Source of the DNA: Rhynchopus sp. YZ270_cl-10
Lineage: Eukaryota
Assembly (NCBI GenBank): GCA_964035575.1
Contig: OZ037842.1
Span: forward strand, 682,001-746,000
Direction of reading: 5' to 3'
Length of the DNA: 64,000 nucleotides
Positions 23,901 to 35,167 of this stretch are shown here, in pieces. Numbering within the stretch: the stretch's first letter is position 1; each line of letters starts with the position of its first letter. The notes beneath the pieces were generated by a model, which was given only the letters and a program-made list of their open reading frames with translations, had not been told where the DNA came from and searched no databases. Made by a program: the position numbers and the translations under genes.

Positions 23901-26900
23901 TCACAATTTCCTCCTCACCCCTGCTGACCGTGCACTGCGAGGGCTCGTAGGGACTGCATCGGTGCATGACGGACCGCTGACCATAGTCTTGAGAGCCATG
24001 AAATAGGGACACGAGGGGTTGATTATTGCCTTCGCAATCTGTACGGCAATTTGATAAAAAGGATAAATTTCACAAAAATACATAGCAACGCTCTATGCCA
24101 CTTTACTTCCCCTCAACTCATTTTCCCTACATACCTCGTACAGACTTGTTGCGAGAAAGCCTAGCCCTGGGACCAGATCGTCTAGCGCCTTTGTTCCGTT
24201 TGCTTTTAAAGCAGGGACTTGTACGGCTGCACGCGGTTGTCGTAATGTGGCGCAGTGCGCAACAAGGCTTCGCACCGTATCCAATCCTTCTGCGGTCTTG
24301 AGACAGAGAATCTGCACGGCGCTTCTGAAGGAGAAGGGTGTGAAGCCGGTCTCTTTCGGGATACTACCTTCGGCTTGTGTGATGCTGAGGGTGATGCAGA
24401 GTTCGTAGTCTGTGGTGCTGCCACGGAGCTGGCCAGAGAAGCAGTGGTATGCGGCGCGTGCAAATGGGTAGGACGCGGATGCAAGCCCCAGCATGTTCAC
24501 AAATCTGTGTGCAATACCTTCTGCCGCAGAGCGATCGTTCAACGCCTCCTCAGCCATGACCACCATCGCAAGGATGTGGCACGGTGTGATCAACCCGCCG
24601 CTCTTATTCAGAAACAGCTCCCCAGTTTTCACCGACTCCTGCGCACCCCAAAGAAGCCGCAAAAAGGCGTCTTCCTGCATTTCACCAGGGTTATCCGCAC
24701 GCTGCAAGATATTCTCTTTTGTTAACGTCCGCCACTGCGCCCATTTCTTTTCCTTCTCTGTCACTGCAGTATCACTGCCCAAAGCAAAATGCTCGTCAGC
24801 AAGCTTCGAAGAGAAATACCCTTGGACATATGACCGCAAAATTGCAGCATATAGCTGCGAACGATTGTCTCCGTAACACAACTCCTTCAACCGGAGGCAG
24901 TCATCAAAGGCACTTACCACAGAGCCTTTGAACACCTGCAGCACTACCTTCACTACGAGAGCCGTTAACATAAGGCTGGGCCGTCGTGGTGGCGCTACCA
25001 TCATCGGAGTGATTTCTTGCAGCGGAAGAATATTGAGTGTCCCTTCTGATCCATGTGTTAATGTCTCCATTGTTGTTGGGAGTTTCTCTAATAATGTCAA
25101 GCCATTTTCCATCCCCGCTACCGCCATTATCGTAAACGGCGACAACAGCATTGTGTCTAATGATACTGGTGGGGTGGCCTCTTCGACCTCCATCTGGCTT
25201 GCTACCATGCGGGATAGTTCGGTTCCTTCCATGATGTCGAGAGCGTACTCTATAGAGCGATGCGCAAAGCGTGACTGCGGATCAATACACATTTTCTTCA
25301 CCATCTGCAGATGCGCCACAGCGGAGATATCCCCTTTCCAGAAGGCCACCTCTGCTCGACACATTCGGATCTGCCGGTCAATCTCTTGCTCTGAGAGGGG
25401 CGAGCAGTTTGCATTCACAACACTTTGCCTAAAATGCTGATGCATATCTACCCCATTATAACTCCCCTTATACGAAGCACCACCAGAAAACGCGCTTTGA
25501 AAAGACCCTCGATTGCTATGACACCCCTCCTCATTTGCCTCTTGAAGCATAATCGACGGCCGAGGAAGCATATGACACTGCTGTGGCAGCGCTTCGCATA
25601 GGAGCATCGGGATATGTGGAGGATCTGCATTGTCCGGGTCGTTCTTACCGCTAGGTATCTCCTCTGAGGTCCCCGCACAAAATGCTTCTAATGGTGGTGG
25701 AGGCTCCGTCTTCTTCTGTGGTTTGGATTTCTTTTCTTTCTCTTCTTTTTTGTGGTATTTTGTTGAAGTCTTTGTTGTGGGCTCTTCGGCCGCAGAAAAG
25801 CAGCAGCTAAAGAGACCTGTCTTTTTTTTCATCTTTTTTTGGGGTGATTTCCGCTTACTAGGCTTCTTTTTGGGTGGAGACGAGGTAGGTGGCGCCTTTT
25901 GTTCGACAGAGGTTGAACCCCCAAAGATGTCACCAGAGTTGAGGCCTAGTATCTTTGCTAGGTCGTCTTCTGGTCGAGCTGGCTCGTTGGGACCACGGGA
26001 GGGACGCCGGTTTGGCTTTCTTTTCAGGTTGAGCATCATTGATTTGTCTTGAAGGACTTTGTTGATGATGGCGGAGTGCTCCATGGTGTCGCCCCCAATC
26101 TGGATGATGGCGTTCTGTGGTGCCTGAGACGCGCTTTGTGATGCGTCGGTGGGGCGGCGTGAGCTGCCGATGAGCGAGCTTGCAAGCTCTGCCTTATGGG
26201 AGTGCAGGAGAGAGTTGTCCTCTGCCGCAGAGAACTGCCCGGTCTCGTAGAGACACGCCATGACAGACAGAATCCAGTAGGATCTGAGGTTCTCGTCTGG
26301 TGCAATGGCGCGTCGTGGTGAAGCTGTAGCGCCTCTAGTCTTGCATGTAAGCATTTCGGCAAGCATCTTAATAGGTTCTTCGAAGCTGCCGTGTTCAATG
26401 AGAGAGCGTGTGTGTCTGTCAATGTGGCACCACCCCGCGTAGACCTGTTTCGCCTTGATGTAGTGGTGTGTGAGTGAAGGAAGGTGTGGGTGAGGCCGTC
26501 CCTCCATCAGCTGCGAAATCGTGTAGTGCAGGCGCCGTCGCTCGCGGGCGAGCAGTGAGCTGTACAGAATGTCGCAGTGCAGCTGCTTCGCGAAGGTGAC
26601 CATCTGTTCCTCCTCGCCGTGCACCTGTGTGACAAGACCGATCTGCACCAACACCTCAACTGCCTTCTCAGCCTCCTCACGCGAGATGCTCTCTGCAGAC
26701 GTTCCCTGGATGAGAAGCCGGTACGGCAGCACCTTGCCGAACACCGCTGCTATGCACGCCACACGCTTCTCCACTGTCGACAGGCCGTCCACAATCGCCA
26801 TCACGCTGGCCTCCATGTCTTGCGAGACGAGCTGTGTTAAACCGTCCTCCAGATCTGTGTCGACGACGTGGCGTGCTGTGCCTGTCAGGTCTACCTTGAT

Positions 26901-29741
26901 CATGTTGTTCGCCTTGAGCGATTTCGTCATCTCAATGAGGTAGCCCGGGAGGCCGTCTGTCTTCGCGTAGAGCTTGGCCACGAGGTGCGGGTCCACAAAG
27001 GAGGCACCTGTGAGGGAGCAGATCATCTCCTCTGCGTGGTCGATGTTGATGAGGGGGACGTCCATCGTGACAGGCTTCGGGTCCCCGCCTTCAAACAACA
27101 TGGCCAGGTCAGTCTCCGTCTGTGATGCCAAGGCCACAGGCTCGTCGTCACTTGAAAGGTCTTGCGAGCTGCAACTGGAGCTTGCATCAGAGTCTTGATA
27201 ATCATACACCTTTGTGATGGCATGCAGCGGCTCTAGACGTTGTGCCATAAAACAGAACACAGAAGGATCAGAACGCACATTCCGCAAGAACTGCAGGGAC
27301 GTGCTGTCCAACCACTGCACATCATCAACCGCGAGCACGACGTACGGCCCGTAGTGGGACTTCAGTAGCGCGACGACAATTTCCGCAATTTTCTGTTCCT
27401 TTTCGGTGACGGGAAGCATGCTCATCTCCTGTGTGAGGGCGGGCAGCTCTGGGTAGCGCTGCACATAACGCAACAAGGGGAGCAATGGAAGGGTCTCGTC
27501 GGGCAGCTTCTCAAGCAGACTCACCATGTCGGTCTCAAGCAGCATCTGCCGCAGGAGGTAGCGCAGTGAGTGGTACTGCCCAATCTCTGCTGACTCGGAG
27601 CCCTTAATCATCGCAACAGGTATCGTGCACCCAGAGCAGACACGCTCCATTATCAACGACAACCCAAGCTTTTTCTCTCCACGGATGATCAGCAAACGCG
27701 GCACACTTGCCGGACTGGAAGGATTCGAAGTCATCCGTATCCACTGATCCAGATGTGACTTCAACTTCTCTATCAACGGAGACCTCCCAATAGGATCCTG
27801 CCCCGACTCCTCCACCGAGAACGACCCCCCAAAGTCCGAGCCACTCAGATCCGACGAAGATCGGCTTGCCTGCACGACCTTTTTCCCGCGACCACGCTTA
27901 AAATTGTGTTGTTCACTTTGCGCAGAAATTGAGTGCTGGTGCTTCTTCACGAGCGACCACCCACGGGGTTGCTCTGAGGTGACAGACGAGGCTGTCGAGG
28001 ACTGCCGCGTGGGGAGGCCTGACTCGACCATCTTCTGCATGTACTCGCTTCCGGCTCTGTTGAACCATCCCACTTTGCCACCTTCGCTTTTTAACGACGG
28101 ATCCGACGTCTCCGACTCCACCGACACAATACTCTGCCGCGACGGAGCGCTCGACCCTGAAAGGGAAGAATGTGGCAGCTTCTTCGCATCGCGCGCAATC
28201 TTGAGCAACTGAAGTGTAGCGGACCTGTTGATGAGAGTAACGGTCTGGTCCCCTTTCGACTCCATGCTCGCCATCGACGCACAACGTGCGAGGGGACGTC
28301 CCTCCTCCAGGTCTTGTATGTGGTTCAGCACTGCGTCACGGTCTGCCTCGCATATGAGATGATAGCAGTGTACCGGTTCAATGAGACCTTTGAGCATGAA
28401 GCAGTCGCCGTCCAGAATGGCGTACCCGTTGACGCACAGCCCCTCCAGGTCGCTGCTGTGCGCAATGCTCGAGTCCACCATGATATGCTGGTACTGCGGT
28501 GCGCCAAAGTCGGCTGCCTTTGTCATCAACCTTGCAGAGAGATTGACGCCACCCCCTAGCACTGTGTACTCATGTCGTGCGATAGACCCGGTGATGCCGC
28601 AAAATACTGGTGCACGGGAAATACCGATAGAAGCGATGATGCCATGCGCTTTGAGGCGTTTCACGGATTTGACTGATACGTGGACAGCGCGTGAGGCGTC
28701 GTTTTGGTGTGCATGGAGCGGGATGCCGAAGAGGCAGAGCAGAATGACACCCTTGTCGTCGAGCATGACTTTGTTCAGCACACCGCCGTACCGTGCTAGC
28801 TCGTGCTGCACGATGCCGACGGCGGTGTTGATGGAGCGGTGCAGCTTATCAGGGGGGAGCTTCACGTCGATGGATGTGAGTTGCATGAAGATTGTGCACA
28901 CGGTGCGCAGGGCGTTGCACTGCGTCGTGGTGACGCTCTTGATCACGGTGTCGAAGATGTACATGCTTGCGTTCATCTTCGCAAGATCTGACAGAGGTGC
29001 TAGCTTCGCCAACGGCGCACTCACCACCGACTTCCTCTGCCCACTGAACTCTACAAACTGTTCAAATGAATACTCCTTTCCCCCATACTCCTCCTCCCTG
29101 AGGGATGTGTCTATTGTCAACCCATAGCGCGTTGCCTGCTCAAGAAGATAGGAACAGATGAGAAACTGACCATGCGTCCCTAACGATGCTGCAATGGCAC
29201 ATATTTCCACAGGCTCTCCTGTTAAAAAATATTTGTACTTTCCGAGAGAAGGGTGGCCTTTGCCGCCGACTGTGAGGCCTTGGTAGATTCCTCCCGATCC
29301 GCCGATGTGAAGCTTCATTGTACAGGTCACAGGCTCGGTGCCTTGTTGCAGGGAGAAGGTGTATTCAGGTGTGCGCGCGAGAAGGGCGGCACCACACTGG
29401 ACACATGCGGCGCAAGAGGCTTCGATGGTGCCCTCACTCCAGGCAACCATCATGGCGTCGCCAGAGAAGAAGATGATGTCGCCGTCCATCTCGCGTACAA
29501 TGGCAATCAGGCGTGAGAAGAACTCATTCAGGTGCAACGACAGCGTCTCTGACCCTTCCCCATGCGACTGAAACTTCTGCAGCTGCGACGCAATAGACGA
29601 GAACCCCGCAATGTCAACGAACAGCAGCGCCCCTTCCAGCTGCTCACATCCGCAACGTGGCGCTTCACCCAAGTCCTTCGCAACCTGCCGTGGAATAAGC
29701 GCCAGCAGCTTTTCATCTGCAATGTCAGCAGTAGAATCCAT
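23901..29741 (-). CDS. Soluble-type (ADCY10-like) class III adenylate cyclase with two catalytic domains and a degenerate STAND-like ATPase region (2 exons, ~1914 aa)
   Basis: C1: LLFVDIAGFS...FSGDAMM. C2: NKVMLDDKG...EYTVLGGGVNLSARLM. Walker-B-like VVLAVDDVQWLD. No transmembrane spans seen. A predicted phase-0 intron at 24039-24134 (GTATGT...TACAG) joins terminal exon 23901-24038. Confidence 0.88.
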
Positions 29742-29915
29742 TTCAAAGAAACTCGTTTGATGTTTTTTCACATTTTTTTTTTTTTTTGCACGAATCTCGA
29801 ATCCCTGTTGAGGTGCTAGGGGGTGTGGTGTTGCCAAAAGAGTAGGTGATGAACAGGGTTCGGATTGGAGAAGAAAAAGAACAGTTTTTGTGGCAAATAT
29901 GAACCAAACTGTCAA

Positions 29916-30013
29916 TCAGGTATTTGAGGGGCTGAAAAGCCAAACTGCATCATGGAAGAGACCTAGGTCTCGACAAGCTATGCACCACTACTCTTATTCA
30001 AAATAATCATCAT
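29916..30013 (-). ncRNA. Candidate box C/D snoRNA, copy 1
   Basis: Minus strand reads ATGATGA (box C, 30007-30013) ... ATGATGC (C', 29947-29953) ... CTGA (box D, 29916-29919); 98 nt. Similarity to copy 2 stops at the boxes. Confidence 0.55.
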
Positions 30014-30213
30014 GTTGCAGGAATTGTTGGGGTGGAGACAAACAGAAAGGATTACAGCCGAAGACAAGCATAAACCCTCACCTACACCTATCAACAGAAC
30101 ACCACAACCGAGATGGTCGTTTTTTTTTGATGATCTGATCAGTTGGATTAGTGTAGCTGCCACAGCAGACTCACTGGTTTTTGGACATTTTGTGGACATT
30201 TGGACAAGCAATA

Positions 30214-30307
30214 TCAGGTATTTGGGGCTAAAAAGCCTAACTGCATCATGGAAGAGACCTAGGTCTCGACAAGCTATGCACCACTACTCTTATTCAAAGA
30301 TCATCAT
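30214..30307 (-). ncRNA. Candidate box C/D snoRNA, copy 2
   Basis: Box C 30301-30307, C' 30243-30249, box D 30214-30217; 94 nt; ~60-nt core identical to copy 1. Confidence 0.55.
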
Positions 30308-30739
30308 GTACAGCGCTTCGGTAGGATGGGTCGTGGATGAGACGAAAGGACAAATTGGTAGAAACCCCCCACTTTTTTAATATAACTTTCTATCTGTACT
30401 AGCTTTTTGTAATTTTTACGCGAACTGTCTATAAAAAGGGGGGAAAACTTGAAACATGAAACATGAATATGCCCCTCGAACTCATCTAAAGGAAAAACTC
30501 CGTCCCTCCACATCACCCCCACCTGATTTTTGACCCATTTACCGACATTTGTTGTTAAACGGCTGGCAAACGCAAACACCGGCAAATATGAGTCAAAATC
30601 GTGTCGCCTATCTGAATAGTTATAACGTCAACTCTCCCTCTCTTCTCCAGACATTGTTTGAAAAAAGAAACCAATGCAGGCAAAACCGCTACTTAGGTTT
30701 TCTTCTTCCCCCTGAGGATACCCTTATTAGACCCCAGCT

Positions 30740-32071
30740 CTACATAAATTCATGCTCTGGTGATCTTTGCGCAAATAAAGGCCGGTACCGTCGTGGCGGA
30801 GCTGGTGTTGCCGCTGACAACACTTCTGGTGGTGCTGCTATGCCCGCATTGTCTGGAGATCTGTTTGGGAGGCTAGGGGCTCTTCCTCTGGCGCTTTGCA
30901 TGGAAAGGGAGCGTTCTGGGGAGGGGGATGCGGCAGATCTATAGCTTATATCGACCTGCTGGAGTGCGGAGGTGGATGGAGATGCTGCTGTGGAGGGTGC
31001 GCGGGCTTGGGAGGCTTCCTCTTCGTAGGGTGGGAGCAGGTTGAGGCTTGTGGGTGAGACCTGGTGGCCTGGTGGTGGGGTGGGGTATTCTTGCAAGGTG
31101 TCTGCACCAACCGGAGAAAGCGACATCGGCCGTGTGTGTCTCCGCTCCCCCATCCCTTCCCCAGGTGTCGCATGCTTGCTGCTCATCACTGCTGCAAGAT
31201 ATGCTGTGGAACTCCCCCCCTCCCTTCCCCCACGTCTCACCATCTCTGTGTACGGCAGAGCCGGAGGAGGTACCGGGTTGTCATCAAATGCCTGCGCGCA
31301 CCTTACCTGTCCATCCCAGATGTCAAGCATGGTGGTGTCCCTGGTAGGAAAGGTCAACACACTTTGTTGCAACCAGGTGCTCCATCGGGTGCAGGCTTGC
31401 TGATAGGCGGCGCGTAGTTGGGTAACATCCCCTTCCTGAAAGCTGCTTCGCAGATGCGCGCCGGCTTCATGATACGCCAAGGTGACAGCATGCACTCTGC
31501 TCTGCAAGCTCCCATGCTCTGATTGGGTTGCCTCGTTTTGCGCCACCCGTTTGGCCTGATCCTTCAGACACATCTCCAGCACCGTACAATAATGGTAATA
31601 CGCCAACGCAAGAAACGTTAAATGCTGTTTCCGTTCCGAAGTTGACCCAGATTTAAAAATTTCACCCTCCTCCAAACTTTCTACCACTGTGACAGCACGC
31701 TTTGCTGCGTCAAGAAGCGCGGGGAGTTGGGTATCCGGCAGGGCTTTCATACAGCTGACAATATTATTCAATAGACTGCTCGATCGTGGGGTAAGTTGCC
31801 GTGCCTCATCTAGGTAGTGCAGTGCGGACTGGACGTCGCTTTGCATCTGACAGAATAGGGCAAGACGTTGCAACGTTGAGGAAAGACACTGACGGTACCA
31901 CAGAGGAAGCTCCGCGATGCTCCGTGCAGGCAACCCATCCCCCACCTCAATCAGCAATGCATGCAACGCACGCACCCCTTCCCGCGCCCCTTCAGCATCA
32001 CCTTCCGCAAGCAGCTCCCCTGCCCTCACCTCAAGCGTCTCACACTCCCCTTGGACACCTTTAGGCTCCAT
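30740..32071 (-). CDS. Hypothetical helical (TPR-like) protein with Pro/Ser-rich tail
   Basis: LQRLALFCQMQSDVQSALHYLDEARQLTP...LLNN and LALAYYHY are TPR-like helices; likely start MEPKG at 32071. Confidence 0.65.
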   Translation of the reverse strand: MEPKGVQGECETLEVRAGELLAEGDAEGAREGVRALHALLIEVGDGLPARSIAELPLWYRQCLSSTLQRLALFCQMQSDVQSALHYLDEARQLTPRSSSLLNNIVSCMKALPDTQLPALLDAAKRAVTVVESLEEGEIFKSGSTSERKQHLTFLALAYYHYCTVLEMCLKDQAKRVAQNEATQSEHGSLQSRVHAVTLAYHEAGAHLRSSFQEGDVTQLRAAYQQACTRWSTWLQQSVLTFPTRDTTMLDIWDGQVRCAQAFDDNPVPPPALPYTEMVRRGGREGGSSTAYLAAVMSSKHATPGEGMGERRHTRPMSLSPVGADTLQEYPTPPPGHQVSPTSLNLLPPYEEEASQARAPSTAASPSTSALQQVDISYRSAASPSPERSLSMQSARGRAPSLPNRSPDNAGIAAPPEVLSAATPAPPRRYRPLFAQRSPEHEFM

Positions 32072-32257
32072 TCTACACAAAGGGTGTTGAGGACATCCTA
32101 GCAAAGTGTGATGCATTGAGGGATTGGAAGAGGGGAGAGAGGGGGTTGTAAAGTATGGTGAAAAGAGGGAAGGGAGGGAGGGAGGGAGGAATGCTTTTTC
32201 TGAGGGAAACTTTTTTGACTGAAAAGCCTGTGCTCAAGAAAAGTTCAAGAAAGATTT

Positions 32258-32296
32258 GTGACGTGAATTGCAAAAAGCCCTCTGGTGTACCTTGGT
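32258..32296 (-). repeat. Degenerate module B
   Basis: GTGACGTGAATTGCAAAAAGCCCTCT-GGTGTACCTTGGT, with an internal deletion relative to the 23278 copy. Confidence 0.55.
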
Positions 32297-32511
32297 GAAA
32301 GAATTGTCGATAAAAAATAGCTATGTTGGCTGTGGCTGAATGGGGCGAATCAGCCCTCTAATTTTTTTTGGTGTGGGGTGAAAAAAAGTACGTAAGAAGT
32401 GCGAATCACCCCCCTTCAGCCACACCATATTTCTGTTCCCCCAATTTTAAGATGTGTAAACATCTCATACGTTACCTCATTTCTATTGTACAATTTTTTC
32501 CTACCCCCTTT

Positions 32512-33984
32512 TCATCTCGAAACAAGCTTGCACATCAGGATGGAGAATGCATCACGCGACACCTGCCCATTTCTTGAATGAGACGCAACAAACTCCGCCA
32601 TGAGCCTGTCTGTTACGGGAACACCAAAGCTTTCAAGCGAACCGTACATACTGGTCAGCTCCGCTACACTGAGGGAGCCGCTTTTTTCTATATCGTAATC
32701 TTCGAAGAGACGGGATATCATACGCTCTGAAAGAACCTGCGCAGCAACGTCGTAGTCTTCCCAGCCTTCAATGGTATCCACAACACGCTTCCGCGCACGG
32801 CGCAGACGCTCCTCGGGTACTACCAATTCCAACTCCGCCACCTCACTGACTACACCAGATTCCCCTTCTGCGTCGTCCTCTTTTACGACACACTTCAAGC
32901 TTTCTAAGGTCTTCTTCCCGCACTCATGATACCCTCGCCACTCCACCACCCTCTCGTCATGACTCAAAATGATATCCTGCAACGGAATCATAATTTTCAT
33001 TTGCCCCAAATAAGTCGCAAAGCTGACACACCACAAATACAACCCTTCCAAAGCATCACCTCCAGATGACTTTACAATACCATGCGAAATGGTGTTCATC
33101 AACTCAAAGAGCAGATCACTATTTTTGGAGACATATTTGTGGGTATGTGGCTTAGGTTTTTCAAAAATCGCGAACGAAAAAGCGGTGCCGTCGCGGTGAA
33201 ATACGGTGTTATGAATTTCTGTCCAAGGTGGATTGTCGTCCCAATTTTCAGCGCTGAGGATAAGGTATGCAGCCGTACACACCTTCTCCAAAATCTTCGG
33301 CCGATGGCTTGACTGCGTCAACGCGACAACCAAACACTCCACCTCCGCTTTCTCCACAGCCTTCATATTCGCAATCTCCCCTCCAACTGCATCGATACAC
33401 TGCGACAACCTTTTCTTTTCATGGCTCAACGTTATTTGTGCGTCCATAAACTCCTCTTCTAGCACTCCACGCAACTCTTCCGTTTGTTTCGAAATTGCTG
33501 TCAACGATGCAACCTTTGACGTAACTATCCTATTGTACAACTGAATACCATCTCTAATCAGAGAATGCTCCATGGTCTGCAGAAGCTGTGCAAGAAGGGG
33601 CAATCCAATGTGTGCAAGAGTCTGTGAATCAACAAAGGCGATGTACCTTGCATTGGCCGGAAGGGGGTGTGGTGTCGTGAGCGTCTGAAACAGCTGTTCT
33701 TGTTTGCCCCTTGAAAGGTCCAAAGCAGATATAGACTGCGCTGCACGAAGAAGATGCACTCTCGAAGTGTACACAGCCTGCACGGTAGTAGGGATGAGCC
33801 CTTCGTACATGGAAGCAGGAAGGGAAAGAAAGGTGCCAATGGCGGTCATAACGCCTTCGTGGTAAGAAGGGAGTCGTGCATGTACCAGCTTATGAACCAT
33901 GCAAGGAACATCAGGCGGGGTAGGTGTCGGCGCCTCCGGAAGCAATCCTGAAAGCTCGCGTCTCGCCCTCTCATCTTCTTCCAT
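32512..33984 (-). CDS. Protein with a dynein stalk/microtubule-binding-domain-like region and C-terminal EF-hand pair (~490 aa)
   Basis: EF-hand LFEDYDIEKSGSLSVAEL. The segment PKILEKVCTAAYLIL...W.EI...ALEGLYLWC...Y...IPL parallels the stalk head of the dynein in this window. Likely start MEEDER at 33984. Confidence 0.65.
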   Translation of the reverse strand: MEEDERARRELSGLLPEAPTPTPPDVPCMVHKLVHARLPSYHEGVMTAIGTFLSLPASMYEGLIPTTVQAVYTSRVHLLRAAQSISALDLSRGKQEQLFQTLTTPHPLPANARYIAFVDSQTLAHIGLPLLAQLLQTMEHSLIRDGIQLYNRIVTSKVASLTAISKQTEELRGVLEEEFMDAQITLSHEKKRLSQCIDAVGGEIANMKAVEKAEVECLVVALTQSSHRPKILEKVCTAAYLILSAENWDDNPPWTEIHNTVFHRDGTAFSFAIFEKPKPHTHKYVSKNSDLLFELMNTISHGIVKSSGGDALEGLYLWCVSFATYLGQMKIMIPLQDIILSHDERVVEWRGYHECGKKTLESLKCVVKEDDAEGESGVVSEVAELELVVPEERLRRARKRVVDTIEGWEDYDVAAQVLSERMISRLFEDYDIEKSGSLSVAELTSMYGSLESFGVPVTDRLMAEFVASHSRNGQVSRDAFSILMCKLVSR

Positions 33985-34511
33985 GCTCTGAGGGTTTGAA
34001 ATGGAAATGGAAAATAGGGGTGGAAAGTTGCAAGAAGGGGAGGGGAGAAAAAAAAGGGGAAAAGAAGAGGGGGGGGACAGCAAAAGCCTGTGGTGTTGAT
34101 GTTGGAGGAAGGGGGGTTGGAAAGTCTGACAAAAAATAATTACAGAGAGGGGAGAGAGAGAGAGAGAGATTCTTTTTGTAAGGTTGGGTTGCAGGTATTT
34201 GCGTGACGTTGATTCAGGGGGGGGGGCGATGTAGGAGGGGAGAGAGAGAAATGTATATCAAATGTATTGGGGGTAATGGATCACGCAACTTTTTTTTTTT
34301 TTGAATTTTGAATTTTTCGGTGAGTATGTCTGGTCCATGAGACCATTCCTGAGGTTTTTTTCCTGGGGGGGTATTTTTTTTTTTCTCCACTCGAGTGCCC
34401 CTCTAGTGGGGGAAAGGAATGTGCTATGTCGAGCTCCAGTCAAAAAAAAAAGCATCTGAGCATTTGACATAAACATTGTAAGAATCGAAGTGTGTTTTTT
34501 TTTGAAAAAAA

Positions 34512-34611
34512 GTAGAGTTGAAATACAAAGCCCTCTCGTGAACAGTGTACCTTTGGTATGACCGGCTGTACCGAGGGTGGACACCAACTATGCAGTCCTG
34601 CAATCCATTTC
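34512..34611 (-). repeat. Long copy of module B (~100 bp)
   Basis: TTGAAATACAAAGCCCTCTCGTGAACAGTGTACCTT is identical to the 23278 copy. The extension ACCGAGG...AAC-ATGCAGTCCT...CATTTC is shared with 55956-56049. Confidence 0.75.
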
Positions 34612-35167
34612 GTGGTTTACATCAAAAGAAATGCATTCCTCTCGTTTTAGCCGCCTTGAGGAGGCAAAGAGAGGTGCATGGCACATTAACGCATCACCGG
34701 ACATCAACAGACGCAGATCAGCTGATTTCTCTGCGGGTTGTCGAACCCCAGACACCAGCGGGCTGCTTCAATGATACTTTCCGCCCCCCAAAAAAAACGA
34801 CAATTTGCTTATTTCGAAGTAGTGTAGACACCCATGGAGGAGCTCCGCTATGCTGTCTATTTCTTTATCTGCCTCGTTATGCTTCTCAAAAAGCGTAAAT
34901 TGTGAAGCGTTTGGAAAAAACAACCCCGCCGATATACAAAGGGAAAAAGAAAGAAAAGTTGAAAGATGAATATGACTCACATACATACACATCTTTCAAA
35001 AAAAAAAAAAAAAAATCAGCACCACACCAGATCACCAGATTACGAAACAGTAAAGTGTACACACGGAAAAAAAAATATCACCGTTTTCTTCCCCACCCCC
35101 TCATTCCCCCCCTTCACTTTTATTTTGCGCCAATCAAATTTTTCTTTGATAATCCATAGACCTTTTT

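Noticed and set aside
29915..30309. CRISPR-like or prokaryotic repeat interpretation
   Set aside because: Only two ~95-bp copies in a clearly eukaryotic, intron-containing context
34735..34790. GGTTCGAC B-box-like sequence on the minus strand
   Set aside because: No cloverleaf or A box, so not a tRNA
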